From: a virus
DNA length: 64,000 nt
Strand: one strand, 5' to 3'
Virus record (IMG/VR): IMGVR_UViG_3300045988_061855
In this document: one piece after another, positions 1-6,920 of the stretch
Layout of the letters: each line of letters begins with the position of its first letter
How positions within the stretch are numbered: the first letter of the stretch is position 1
The notes under the pieces: generated by a model
The model's database searches: none
What the model was told of the DNA's origin: nothing
The model's input: the letters and a program-made list of their open reading frames with translations, nothing else
Position numbers and translations under genes: made by a program

Positions 1-62
1 TGGGCAGAGATATTGATGGTGCCTGTGGACAGTTAAGGAATAAGTATATGGAGGAAGCATAA
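1..62 (+). CDS. 3' end of flanking gene (partial, product unknown)
   Basis: Frame open from window edge, ...GRDIDGACGQLRNKYMEEA, TAA at 60-62. Lies outside the integrase end of the phage, so probably host. Confidence 0.3.
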   Translation, partial: GRDIDGACGQLRNKYMEEA

Positions 63-162
63 ATACTGGGTTTGCGGCACAAATTACATTTCTCTTCTGT
101 TGTTTACATCATCTCAACTTATCGTCAAATTTGGTGTGGCTTTGTGTGATAAGCGGTGAGAC

Positions 163-237
163 AAGACGCAAACAAGACGCAAAAGACGCATATAACAAGA
201 CGCATTAACAAGGAGAGAAACATGGCAGGAAGACGCA
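163..237 (+). repeat. Five direct copies of AAGACGCA (starts 163,174,183,197,230)
   Basis: Read directly: acAAGACGCAaacAAGACGCAaaAAGACGCAtataacAAGACGCA...ggAAGACGCAg. The last copy overlaps integrase codons 3-5. Confidence 0.8.
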
Positions 238-1349
238 GTAACGGTGAAGGAAGTATCAGTTATGATAGCCGTAGAAAACGCTATAGAGCAAAAGTAACCA
301 TAGGTTGGGAACTAAATCCTGAGACTGGAAGAAGCAAACAGATTGTAAAAACACTCGGTTCTAATTATAAAACAAAAGGGGAGGCTGCAAGCGCATTATC
401 AGAATATTTGAAGACCCCGTTTGATATTGATAATAAAAACATTACATTTTCAGAGTTGTATTCTATTTGGTTTGATGATTGGATTGTAGACCATGAGTCT
501 CATCGATACAGAGCAAAATCTGCATATAAATATTGTTCGTCATTGTATGAGAAGAAGATGCGCGATATCACTATAATTGATATGAAGCATTGCATAAATA
601 ATGGCTCAATCATAGAAACAAGAGGTAAATACAAAGGTGAATTAAAAACAGCATCGCCATCGACGAAGGAAAGTATGAAATATCTATTTAATCATATGTT
701 TTCATACGCGGTTGAGGCTAGAATCGTCGATAGGAATTTTGCAAAAGAATTTTCACTTGATAAGAAAGTGGCTATAGAGAAAGAGCAGAACCATAAAGAT
801 AAAAGTCCATTTACAGAGAATGAAATGGATATATTATGGCGAAGTATTGAATTTGTACCATTTGCAGATATGATTATCTATGCTTGCTATAGCGGCTGGA
901 GACCCAGTGAGTTGGTTAAAATCAAAATGGAAAATGTACACATAGCTGAAGGATATATACAAGGTGGAATAAAAACAGATTCAGGAAAGAACCGTATAGT
1001 TCCAATACATCCTTTGGTAATGGATATTGTAAAAAAATACTATGATGAGGCAATGTCCGTAGGAAGCAAGTTCTTATTTAATGACATTAATAAAAAGAAA
1101 GGTATTGGTTTGAGCTACGATCAATACTTAACTAGGTTTAATAAGGTTATGGAACAATTAAAATTATCTATTGAGTATACACCTCATTACACAAGACATA
1201 CCTTTATAACAAAAGCCAAAAGGGCGCATATGGATGAGTATATATTAAAACTTATATCCGGTCATAAAGAAAAAGATATTACAGAACATGTATATACACA
1301 TAGAGAGTTATCTGAATTGATAGATGAAATGAATAGAATAGAAAAATAA
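222..1349 (+). CDS. int: Tyrosine recombinase / phage integrase
   Basis: ATG 222 sits behind AGGAGAG (211-217); the track's GTG 156 start was rejected. Catalytic signature: SGWRPSEL (Arg), HYTRHTF (HxxR), GHKEKDITEHVYTH (His/Tyr). Confidence 0.92.
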   Translation: MAGRRSNGEGSISYDSRRKRYRAKVTIGWELNPETGRSKQIVKTLGSNYKTKGEAASALSEYLKTPFDIDNKNITFSELYSIWFDDWIVDHESHRYRAKSAYKYCSSLYEKKMRDITIIDMKHCINNGSIIETRGKYKGELKTASPSTKESMKYLFNHMFSYAVEARIVDRNFAKEFSLDKKVAIEKEQNHKDKSPFTENEMDILWRSIEFVPFADMIIYACYSGWRPSELVKIKMENVHIAEGYIQGGIKTDSGKNRIVPIHPLVMDIVKKYYDEAMSVGSKFLFNDINKKKGIGLSYDQYLTRFNKVMEQLKLSIEYTPHYTRHTFITKAKRAHMDEYILKLISGHKEKDITEHVYTHRELSELIDEMNRIEK

Positions 1350-1354
1350 TTTTA

Positions 1355-1388
1355 GGAGCATTGGCATACAGCTGATGCTCTTTATTTT
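1355..1388 (+). terminator. Intrinsic terminator after int
   Basis: GGAGCAT (1355-61) pairs with ATGCTCT (1375-81), followed by TTTATTTT. Confidence 0.6.
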
Positions 1389-1480
1389 ATGTAGATAATT
1401 TTGGAGTAAAAATAATTACCATTATTTACCACATAATACAATAGGCATCTTATATTATACTTCAACAAAAAGGAGTATTT

Positions 1481-1774
1481 ATGAGAACTCATACATGTCT
1501 TGAATGCGGCGCTGTCCTAAAACACTATGACTTTGTGTCGAGAAGTGTACGGACACAAAATAGAAATTCAAATATCGTTAAAATAGAACGATTCAAATGC
1601 CCAGTATGTAAACACATACATAGGGTCTTACCAGATGATTTATATCCATATAAACAATATTCTGCGGAGATAATAAACGGAGTGCTAGATGGTAGCATTA
1701 CAAGTGATACATTAGAATATGAAGATTATCCATGCGAAGCAACTATGCATAGATGGCTTAATGAATTCCACTGA
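1481..1774 (+). CDS. Zinc-ribbon protein, DUF6431-like
   Basis: CLEC...CPVC followed by HRVLPDDLYPYKQY, a pattern I recall from DUF6431 proteins of Bacillota mobile elements. RBS AAAGGAG. Confidence 0.6.
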   Translation: MRTHTCLECGAVLKHYDFVSRSVRTQNRNSNIVKIERFKCPVCKHIHRVLPDDLYPYKQYSAEIINGVLDGSITSDTLEYEDYPCEATMHRWLNEFH

Positions 1775-1846
1775 AGTTGTTTTTACTGATTCTCAAGTTT
1801 AACCTAGAATAGACTTGCCGGCAATAATAATCAAGGAGATGATATT

Positions 1847-2260
1847 ATGGCAACAAAGATACGACCAGTATTATCAGAGAAAAACAAATATTACATAGAC
1901 AAGCATAGATACTACGAACTTAAGCATTTTTGTTTGCAATACGATGATTGGAAGAAGGCTTATTCTATATTAGACGGATACGATTCTTATCAAGTTGGAC
2001 TTGGCGTTAAATCATCAGGAGTTAGTGATCGCACGGCTGATTATGGAATGGCTAGGGCTTATTATTCTAATAGGATTGATATGATTGAAAGAGTTGCAAG
2101 ATTAACTGATTTGGAACTATCTTTCTATATTTTACAGGGAGTTACTGAAGGATATTCATACGATATTCTTAAAGCTAGGTTTGATATACCGTGTTGTAAA
2201 GATACATATTATGAACTGTATCGGCGATTCTTTTGGCTGCTGGATATTGAGAGAGGGTAA
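1847..2260 (+). CDS. Putative small transcription regulator (sigma region-4 / ArpU-RinA-like); function uncertain
   Basis: RBS AAGGAGA. Motif KHRYYELKHFCLQYDDWKK resembles small phage activator families. Assignment is by recollection only. Confidence 0.5.
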   Translation: MATKIRPVLSEKNKYYIDKHRYYELKHFCLQYDDWKKAYSILDGYDSYQVGLGVKSSGVSDRTADYGMARAYYSNRIDMIERVARLTDLELSFYILQGVTEGYSYDILKARFDIPCCKDTYYELYRRFFWLLDIERG

Positions 2261-2314
2261 GTTCACAGGACTATTTCTCTTTAATCTAGGTTACAATTAT
2301 ATCTATATTTGTGG

Positions 2315-2343
2315 TTGAATACCTAGCAGACAATTGTTATACT
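2315..2343 (+). promoter_or_regulatory. Sigma-A-type promoter for lipoprotein gene
   Basis: TTGAAT (2315-20), 17 nt, TATACT (2338-43), about 30 nt upstream of the RBS. Confidence 0.55.
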
Positions 2344-2373
2344 ATTTATATAATTTTAAGGAGGAACAAACAC

Positions 2374-2829
2374 ATGAAAAAAGTTATTCTAGGTTTATTA
2401 ACTGCGGCAACAGCTGTAAGTATTGTAGGTTGTGGCGGTACGTCATCTGATAGCGCTCAGGCAAATAATAGTAATATTGAAAGTACCGAAAACATTGAGG
2501 AGAGTGCTTCATGGAAGACATATGATGGACCATCAGCCACTAAAGAAGAATGGGAGTCAGATTCGTTTCTAACTGAGTTACCTTATCCAGAAATGGACAA
2601 TATTAACATTCATTATGAGAGTTCAACTTGGACAGACATTTTTATATATGAGACAACATCAAGTCAGTTTAAGACTTATGGTAATAAATGCAAATCAGCA
2701 GGATTTACTACGGATTTAACATTTGACAGTTCTTTCTTTATGGCTAAAAAAGGTGACTCAGAATTAACTATGTCGCGTAATCCAGATAATGGAATTATAG
2801 AAATTTCATATACATATCCTGAAAAGTAA
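2374..2829 (+). CDS. Secreted lipoprotein (moron)
   Basis: MKKVILGLLTAATAVSIVG|C lipobox. ATG 2374 sits behind AAGGAGG, and the gene has its own promoter. Confidence 0.8.
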   Translation: MKKVILGLLTAATAVSIVGCGGTSSDSAQANNSNIESTENIEESASWKTYDGPSATKEEWESDSFLTELPYPEMDNINIHYESSTWTDIFIYETTSSQFKTYGNKCKSAGFTTDLTFDSSFFMAKKGDSELTMSRNPDNGIIEISYTYPEK

Positions 2830-2842
2830 TATATAAAGAAAA

Positions 2843-2876
2843 AGAGGGCGCACCAGATAAAACTGATGTACCCTCT
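2843..2876 (-). terminator. Hairpin between convergent genes; U-tract only on minus-strand transcript
   Basis: AGAGGGcgCAcCAG pairs with CTGaTGtaCCCTCT. An A-run at 2835-2842 gives a U-tract for leftward transcription. Confidence 0.5.
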
Positions 2877-2884
2877 AAGCTAGA

Positions 2885-3061
2885 TTAGAGACCAACCATT
2901 CCCATTATGCCATTCATTTTATCAAGAGAAGACTTCCTTTCTCGGATAGCTCTTTCTAAGGACATTTTTGAATAAGATGTACCCTCAAGCTCTTCAATAG
3001 TCCATTCATCCCCTAAGTTTGACATTTCGTCAATAAATATTTCATATTCTTCTTTTTTCAT
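2885..3061 (-). CDS. Small protein, 58 aa (below ORF-track cutoff)
   Basis: Hand translation: MKKEEYEIFIDEMSNLGDEWTIEELEGTSYSKMSLERAIRERKSSLDKMNGIMGMVGL*. AAGGAGGT RBS at 3070-3077 on the minus strand. Confidence 0.6.
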   Translation of the reverse strand: MKKEEYEIFIDEMSNLGDEWTIEELEGTSYSKMSLERAIRERKSSLDKMNGIMGMVGL

Positions 3062-3093
3062 AATTGAAATACCTCCTTAAATTTTTCGTCTAT

Positions 3094-3123
3094 ATTATAC
3101 TACGATATATGGCTGTGAGTAAA
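3094..3123 (-). promoter_or_regulatory. Candidate sigma-A promoter for the minus-strand gene
   Basis: On the minus strand: TTTACT (3118-23), 18 nt, perfect TATAAT (3094-99). Confidence 0.45.
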
Positions 3124-3157
3124 TGAACAGAATATTAACAAATTGTAAATTCGCATT

Positions 3158-3176
3158 AAAAACATGCCCTTTAATG
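3158..3176 (+). promoter_or_regulatory. Early-region box copy (WWACA-N5-TNTWATG)
   Basis: aaaaACAtgcccTTTAATG, followed at once by the terminator hairpin 3178-3214. Confidence 0.65.
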
Positions 3177-3177
3177 G

Positions 3178-3214
3178 GAGAAAGAATAAAAGAAGCTTTC
3201 TCTTTTTTTATTTT
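3178..3214 (+). terminator. Hairpin plus T-run directly after box copy
   Basis: GAGAAAG (3178-84) pairs with CTTTCTC (3196-3202), then TTTTTTTATTTT. Confidence 0.6.
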
Positions 3215-3284
3215 CAGTACGAAGGTGACAGTAATATGTCTTATATTCGCATTGATGAAAGTTGAATAGAAAGGAGAGTTCAAA

Positions 3285-3521
3285 ATGGAAATGGCAGTTA
3301 TATTAGCATTTATTCTTGGAGCTGCAATTGGTGTAGTTATGTCTGTTGTATTGGATAAAATCAGATGCAGTAATAGAGATGCGTACGGAATTTTCAAGAT
3401 TAGACCCGTATCTGATGAAGATGGCGACACCGGTTTATATTCAGTAAATGTTGCTATTGTACCTAACCAAGATTTGCTTAATAAGAAACGGATAATTCTG
3501 GTCAAGGATTCGCACAATTAA
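3285..3521 (+). CDS. Small membrane protein
   Basis: RBS AAAGGAGAG. N-terminal TM segment VILAFILGAAIGVVMSVVL. Confidence 0.65.
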   Translation: MEMAVILAFILGAAIGVVMSVVLDKIRCSNRDAYGIFKIRPVSDEDGDTGLYSVNVAIVPNQDLLNKKRIILVKDSHN

Positions 3522-3561
3522 CAATTACTTTAATGACTATAAAATAAAGGAGGTCAATTCA

Positions 3562-3951
3562 ATGAACACAAGAAGTGTATTGGAAGATGAGATTGGACGA
3601 ATCTCAGCAAAATTGAATGAAATGGAGCCAGGTACCGAAGAGTATGAAAAGTTATCGAACCTACTCCACAAGTACATCGATAGGCGTACAGAACTTGAAA
3701 AAGCAGATTATGATGCTGACGAGAAAGCTCTTGCCAGGGAAGAGGGTAATGAGCTTAAGACTCAGCAACTTAATGAGGCTAAGAAAGATCGTATTACTAA
3801 AGTGGCTATGTGGGCTGTAGGTGGCATATCTGGAGGAGTTGTAAGTATTTGGGCTGCTCTTAAAGCGTTTAAATTTGATGGAGACGGACGAATATTCTCA
3901 TCTACATTTGGACGAGACAGTGTTAAGAACTTGATTAAATTTAAGAAGTAG
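3562..3951 (+). CDS. Coiled-coil protein with C-terminal TM anchor
   Basis: RBS AAAGGAGG. Charged helical N-terminal part, then VAMWAVGGISGGVVSIWAAL. Confidence 0.7.
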   Translation: MNTRSVLEDEIGRISAKLNEMEPGTEEYEKLSNLLHKYIDRRTELEKADYDADEKALAREEGNELKTQQLNEAKKDRITKVAMWAVGGISGGVVSIWAALKAFKFDGDGRIFSSTFGRDSVKNLIKFKK

Positions 3952-3964
3952 TTACATTTTAGGA

Positions 3965-3995
3965 GGCGCTAAGGAAACTTAGTGTCTTCTTTTTT
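3965..3995 (+). terminator. Intrinsic terminator
   Basis: GGCGCTAAG pairs with CTTAGTGTC (G.U pairs only on the + transcript), then a T-run. Confidence 0.6.
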
Positions 3996-4001
3996 CGTTT
4001 G

Positions 4002-4020
4002 AAAAACATATGCCTTTATG
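4002..4020 (+). promoter_or_regulatory. Early-region box copy
   Basis: aaaaACAtatgcCTTTATG, abutting the AAAGGAGAG RBS of the 4040 gene. Confidence 0.65.
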
Positions 4021-4039
4021 AAAGGAGAGTGATATTTTT

Positions 4040-4258
4040 ATGACAATTATTCAATTAGATAAAAGTTTAGAAACAATACAATCACTGGATATAAACAAGT
4101 ATAATAAAATATACTTCTTAACTTTAGTGGAGTCTAAAACAAGGAGTGGTACAGATAATTACGTGTTTAGGTCCAAGCGATTAGATTATTTGATGTTTAA
4201 TGAGCTTGAATCTTATTTGAATAATCCAGAATACATTCTGGTAAGAATCGAAAAGTGA
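4040..4258 (+). CDS. Hypothetical protein, 72 aa
   Basis: Strong RBS; flanked by box and terminator. Confidence 0.6.
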   Translation: MTIIQLDKSLETIQSLDINKYNKIYFLTLVESKTRSGTDNYVFRSKRLDYLMFNELESYLNNPEYILVRIEK

Positions 4259-4275
4259 TTAAAAAATCAGAGACT

Positions 4276-4300
4276 GAGTCCTAACAAGGGCTCTTTCTTT
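4276..4300 (+). terminator. Terminator family A (GAGTCCTAACAAGGGCTC + T-run)
   Basis: GAGTCC pairs with GGGCTC using G.U pairs; TTTCTTTT follows. Confidence 0.65.
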
Positions 4301-4319
4301 TAACTTAGGTGGTGAGCTG

Positions 4320-4679
4320 ATGAGATATCATTTTGATAAACCAGATATATATTATTCGTTATATGGGAAAAGATACATCTGTAATCATCCAGTATATAAC
4401 GAATGTACATTATATAAGATTGACGATAAAGGGTTAGCAGTTATACAGCAGCGGTATAATCCTGAAACGAAACATACATGGTGGACAGCTATAGACCCTT
4501 GGCTTACTGACCCGATATATTTGGATATTGGTTTTAAAAATCTATTTGATGCTCGTGCCGGGAAGTGTACGGACGGATTATATCCAACGATAACTGTAAG
4601 ACAGCTCATGTGGGCACTCAAAATGAAACCGATTCCAAGAGAGCGTTGGGAAACGTGCTTTGATAAACGAGATATTTAG
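4320..4679 (+). CDS. Hypothetical protein, 119 aa
   Basis: ORF with GGTGGTGAG RBS; no recognised motif. Confidence 0.65.
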   Translation: MRYHFDKPDIYYSLYGKRYICNHPVYNECTLYKIDDKGLAVIQQRYNPETKHTWWTAIDPWLTDPIYLDIGFKNLFDARAGKCTDGLYPTITVRQLMWALKMKPIPRERWETCFDKRDI

Positions 4680-4684
4680 CGTCA

Positions 4685-4702
4685 TTTACATGTACTTTAA
4701 TG
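4685..4702 (+). promoter_or_regulatory. Early-region box copy
   Basis: ttTACAtgtacTTTAATG, upstream of the RBS of the 4728 gene. Confidence 0.6.
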
Positions 4703-4727
4703 AGATACATATAAGGAGGATACTAAT

Positions 4728-4904
4728 ATGACTTGGAAGACTATTGAAGCAGCTAGGGAGATTAGACAATGGACGACTCAGATAGTAATACCGACAGTTG
4801 CAGTTGGTGTAGCTATTGCAGTTACTCCAGAGTTAAGAGAACCAGTTGTTGATACTTATAGGACAGTAAAAGAAAAAATTAAATCAAAGATATGTAGAAA
4901 GTAA
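4728..4904 (+). CDS. Small membrane protein, 58 aa (sub-threshold ORF)
   Basis: AAGGAGG RBS. MTWKTIEAAREIRQWTTQIVIPTVAVGVAIAVTPELREPVVDTYRTVKEKIKSKICRK*. Confidence 0.55.
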   Translation: MTWKTIEAAREIRQWTTQIVIPTVAVGVAIAVTPELREPVVDTYRTVKEKIKSKICRK

Positions 4905-4910
4905 AGCAAA

Positions 4911-4945
4911 GGGCTTGAGTCTTAGGACTTGGGCTCTTTCTTTTT
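4911..4945 (+). terminator. Terminator family B (GGGCTTGAGTCTTAGGACTTGGGCTC + T-run)
   Basis: 11-bp stem with four G.U pairs, so it folds only in the + transcript; TTTCTTTTT follows. Confidence 0.7.
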
Positions 4946-4953
4946 CGTGTAAG

Positions 4954-4970
4954 AAACATGTTCCTTTATG
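4954..4970 (+). promoter_or_regulatory. Early-region box copy
   Basis: aaACAtgttcCTTTATG, upstream of the 5004 gene. Confidence 0.6.
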
Positions 4971-5003
4971 AGAAAGTGATGAAACATTAAGGAGGATTTC
5001 AAA

Positions 5004-5219
5004 ATGGAAAAAGAACAGAGAACACAGAAGATTGACGAATTCTTGGAGAAATTTGATGAAATGATTAAGGCTGCTAATGCCATCGAAGATTTTAAATTTG
5101 AGATAGGTGTTACAATTCATAGTCGTGACAGCATGGTTTCTGATAGAGTACGGACAATTAACGGTATCAATGAAATATTTTCAAAGAATGATATGAAATG
5201 GTCATCATCAAATGCTTAA
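5004..5219 (+). CDS. Hypothetical protein, 71 aa
   Basis: AAGGAGG RBS; flanked by terminators. Confidence 0.6.
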   Translation: MEKEQRTQKIDEFLEKFDEMIKAANAIEDFKFEIGVTIHSRDSMVSDRVRTINGINEIFSKNDMKWSSSNA

Positions 5220-5223
5220 GGTT

Positions 5224-5249
5224 GAGCCCGCAAGGGCTTTTCCTTTTTC
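5224..5249 (+). terminator. Intrinsic terminator
   Basis: GAGCCC gcaa GGGCTT, then TTCCTTTTT. Confidence 0.6.
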
Positions 5250-5255
5250 GCACGA

Positions 5256-5273
5256 TATACAATCCCTTTAATG
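5256..5273 (+). promoter_or_regulatory. Early-region box copy
   Basis: taTACAatcccTTTAATG, upstream of the 5298 gene. Confidence 0.6.
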
Positions 5274-5297
5274 ACTGAAAGTAATAAGGAGGTTGAA

Positions 5298-5462
5298 ATG
5301 ATACTATTAATTATTTTGATACTTATCGTTTTTATACTAACTACGGTTGTAGTGCTTAGTGTAAGTGCAATAGGCAGTGCAGCTATACTTATATTTGGGG
5401 ACGTTATAGTATGTATTGGTTTTTTGGTATGGCTAATCAAAAAACTTGTTACTAAGGATTGA
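5298..5462 (+). CDS. Small hydrophobic membrane protein, 54 aa
   Basis: ATG behind AAGGAGG (the track's upstream start was rejected). MILLIILILIVFILTTVVVLSVSAIGSAAILIFGDVIVCIGFLVWLI... Confidence 0.55.
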   Translation: MILLIILILIVFILTTVVVLSVSAIGSAAILIFGDVIVCIGFLVWLIKKLVTKD

Positions 5463-5470
5463 TGAAAGAA

Positions 5471-5505
5471 GGGCTTGAGTCTTAGGACTTGGGCTCTTTC
5501 TTTTT
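5471..5505 (+). terminator. Terminator family B, second identical copy
   Basis: GGGCTTGAGTCTTAGGACTTGGGCTCTTTCTTTTT, identical to the copy at 4911. Confidence 0.7.
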
Positions 5506-5513
5506 ATCCGCGT

Positions 5514-5533
5514 AAAAAACAATTTATCTAATG
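5514..5533 (+). promoter_or_regulatory. Early-region box copy
   Basis: aaaaaACAatttaTCTAATG, ending 3 nt before the tRNA-like 5' end. Confidence 0.6.
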
Positions 5534-5536
5534 AGA

Positions 5537-5607
5537 GAATAGGTAGCTCAGGTGGTAGAGCAGCAGATTTATTCTGCGGGCCATGGGTTCGAGTCCCATT
5601 CTATTCT
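5537..5607 (+). tRNA. tRNA-like gene with aberrant anticodon arm (possible anticodon UUA, or pseudo-tRNA)
   Basis: Acceptor GAATAGG/TCTATTC, D arm GCTC-AGGTGGTA-GAGC and T arm ATGGG-TTCGAGT-CCCAT are all canonical. The anticodon arm GCAGA-TTTAT-TCTGC is 2 nt short. No encoded CCA. Confidence 0.55.
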
Positions 5608-5642
5608 CTTTTTTATTTTTTATAATAAGGAGGATTTATAGC

Positions 5643-6419
5643 ATGAAGTCACATTACCGATGGAAATGCAAAACTGCTACTGTACTAACATTTATTGGTG
5701 CAGCTGGTGTAGTAGCAACAGCTGTAACAACAGCTAAACAGACACCTAAAGCTTTAAGATTGCTTAAGGAAGCTAGTGATGAGAAAGGAGAGGAACTTAC
5801 ATTTGCAGAAAAGGCAACAGCTATGTTACCTGCATATTTGCCAGCCATAGTGACAGGCTCAGCGACTATTTTATGTATATTTGGCGCAAATATATTAAAT
5901 AAAAGGAGCCAGGCAAGTTTAGTAAGTGCGTATGGATTATTAGACCAGAGATTCAAAGATTATAAGAGAAAACTTATTGAATTATACGGACAGGATGCTC
6001 ATGAAAAGATAATCACTGAACTTGCAGCTGAGAAAGCAGAAAACCGATATATTTCTAGTTCATATCTCGGATGCAAATCTTGTGCATTATATTTAGACGA
6101 AAACGTTGGTAAGCCTGTATTATTTTATGAACCGGTATCTGATAGGTATTTTGAAGCTACTGTTGAGCAGGTCATGAACGCTGAATATCATCTTAATAGG
6201 AACTTTGCTCTGGCTGGTGCAGCTTTGCTTAATGAGTTTTATGATTTTATTGGAATAGAAGAACGACCGGAATTAGATGAAATGGGATGGGCTCCAACTG
6301 ATGAGGGCGAATTCTGGATTGAATTCAATCACGTTCCAAAGGACCTTCCAGATGGCAGGAGATGCTACATAATCGACATGCCATTTGAACCAAGGGTTAA
6401 TTTCGACGATTATGATTGA
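5643..6419 (+). CDS. DUF6353-like membrane-anchored protein, paralogue 1
   Basis: ATG 5643 behind AAGGAGG (the track start overlaps the tRNA-like gene). N-terminus VLTFIGAAGVVATAVTTAKQTPKALRLLKEA is shared with the 6910 and 9482 products. Confidence 0.75.
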   Translation: MKSHYRWKCKTATVLTFIGAAGVVATAVTTAKQTPKALRLLKEASDEKGEELTFAEKATAMLPAYLPAIVTGSATILCIFGANILNKRSQASLVSAYGLLDQRFKDYKRKLIELYGQDAHEKIITELAAEKAENRYISSSYLGCKSCALYLDENVGKPVLFYEPVSDRYFEATVEQVMNAEYHLNRNFALAGAALLNEFYDFIGIEERPELDEMGWAPTDEGEFWIEFNHVPKDLPDGRRCYIIDMPFEPRVNFDDYD

Positions 6420-6431
6420 TTGTCGTGTCAA

Positions 6432-6448
6432 ATACTTAGCCTATTATG
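6432..6448 (+). promoter_or_regulatory. Early-region box copy (weak upstream half)
   Basis: atACTtagccTATTATG, abutting the RBS of the 6465 gene. Confidence 0.35.
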
Positions 6449-6464
6449 GAAAGGAGGATTAATC

Positions 6465-6623
6465 ATGAAAGATAAGTTTGATTTTAAAACTCTTATAATA
6501 CCAGCTGCTATGGGAATTATGACATTTATCACAGCAGTTGTAGACAGTAAGAGAAGTAAGAAAATCGATGAGCTTAGCGAAAAGATTGATAAGCTCGAAT
6601 CTAAGGACGAAGAGGTTGCCTAA
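6465..6623 (+). CDS. Small membrane protein, 52 aa
   Basis: ATG behind AAAGGAGG. TM segment LIIPAAMGIMTFITAVV. Confidence 0.55.
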   Translation: MKDKFDFKTLIIPAAMGIMTFITAVVDSKRSKKIDELSEKIDKLESKDEEVA

Positions 6624-6686
6624 CGGCGCCTCTTTTCTTTTTTTATGTAACACTAAAATATTTAATATCAAAAAGGAGAATTTACT

Positions 6687-6920
6687 ATGAACAACATTAT
6701 TACAAACCCAACACAGAAAGAATTTAATGAGGCAATGGACATCGTTAAGGATTATTTAAGAATTAATAAAATTCAGTTTATTGCTTTTGATGCGGAGAAG
6801 AATGCCATAGTAGCCGCAATTGGATTTGAAGATGCTATGAATAATAAGAAAGAAATATTTGGTGACAGGTATGTCAGCATGTTTGATAAGAAGTTAGAGG
6901 AGAAAAAGAATGAGAACTAA
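6687..6920 (+). CDS. Hypothetical protein, 77 aa
   Basis: RBS AAAAGGAGA; overlaps the next gene's start. Confidence 0.6.
   Translation: MNNIITNPTQKEFNEAMDIVKDYLRINKIQFIAFDAEKNAIVAAIGFEDAMNNKKEIFGDRYVSMFDKKLEEKKNEN

Noticed and set aside
63-155. attL core / phage-host junction
   Set aside because: The matching repeat at the other prophage end lies outside the window, so no boundary can be supported.
156-221. GTG 156 as the integrase start
   Set aside because: ATG 222 has a properly spaced AGGAGAG. The upstream extension is encoded by the AAGACGCA repeats and looks non-protein-like.
3095-3517. 140-aa minus-strand ORF across the divergent region and gene 3285
   Set aside because: It has no RBS, spans promoter, box and terminator elements, and runs antisense to an RBS-supported + gene.
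4276-5505. A CRISPR array suggested by repeated ~26-35-nt hairpin sequences
   Set aside because: The repeats are irregularly spaced, each is followed by a T-run, and they are separated by RBS-led genes. No cas genes are present. These are terminators.
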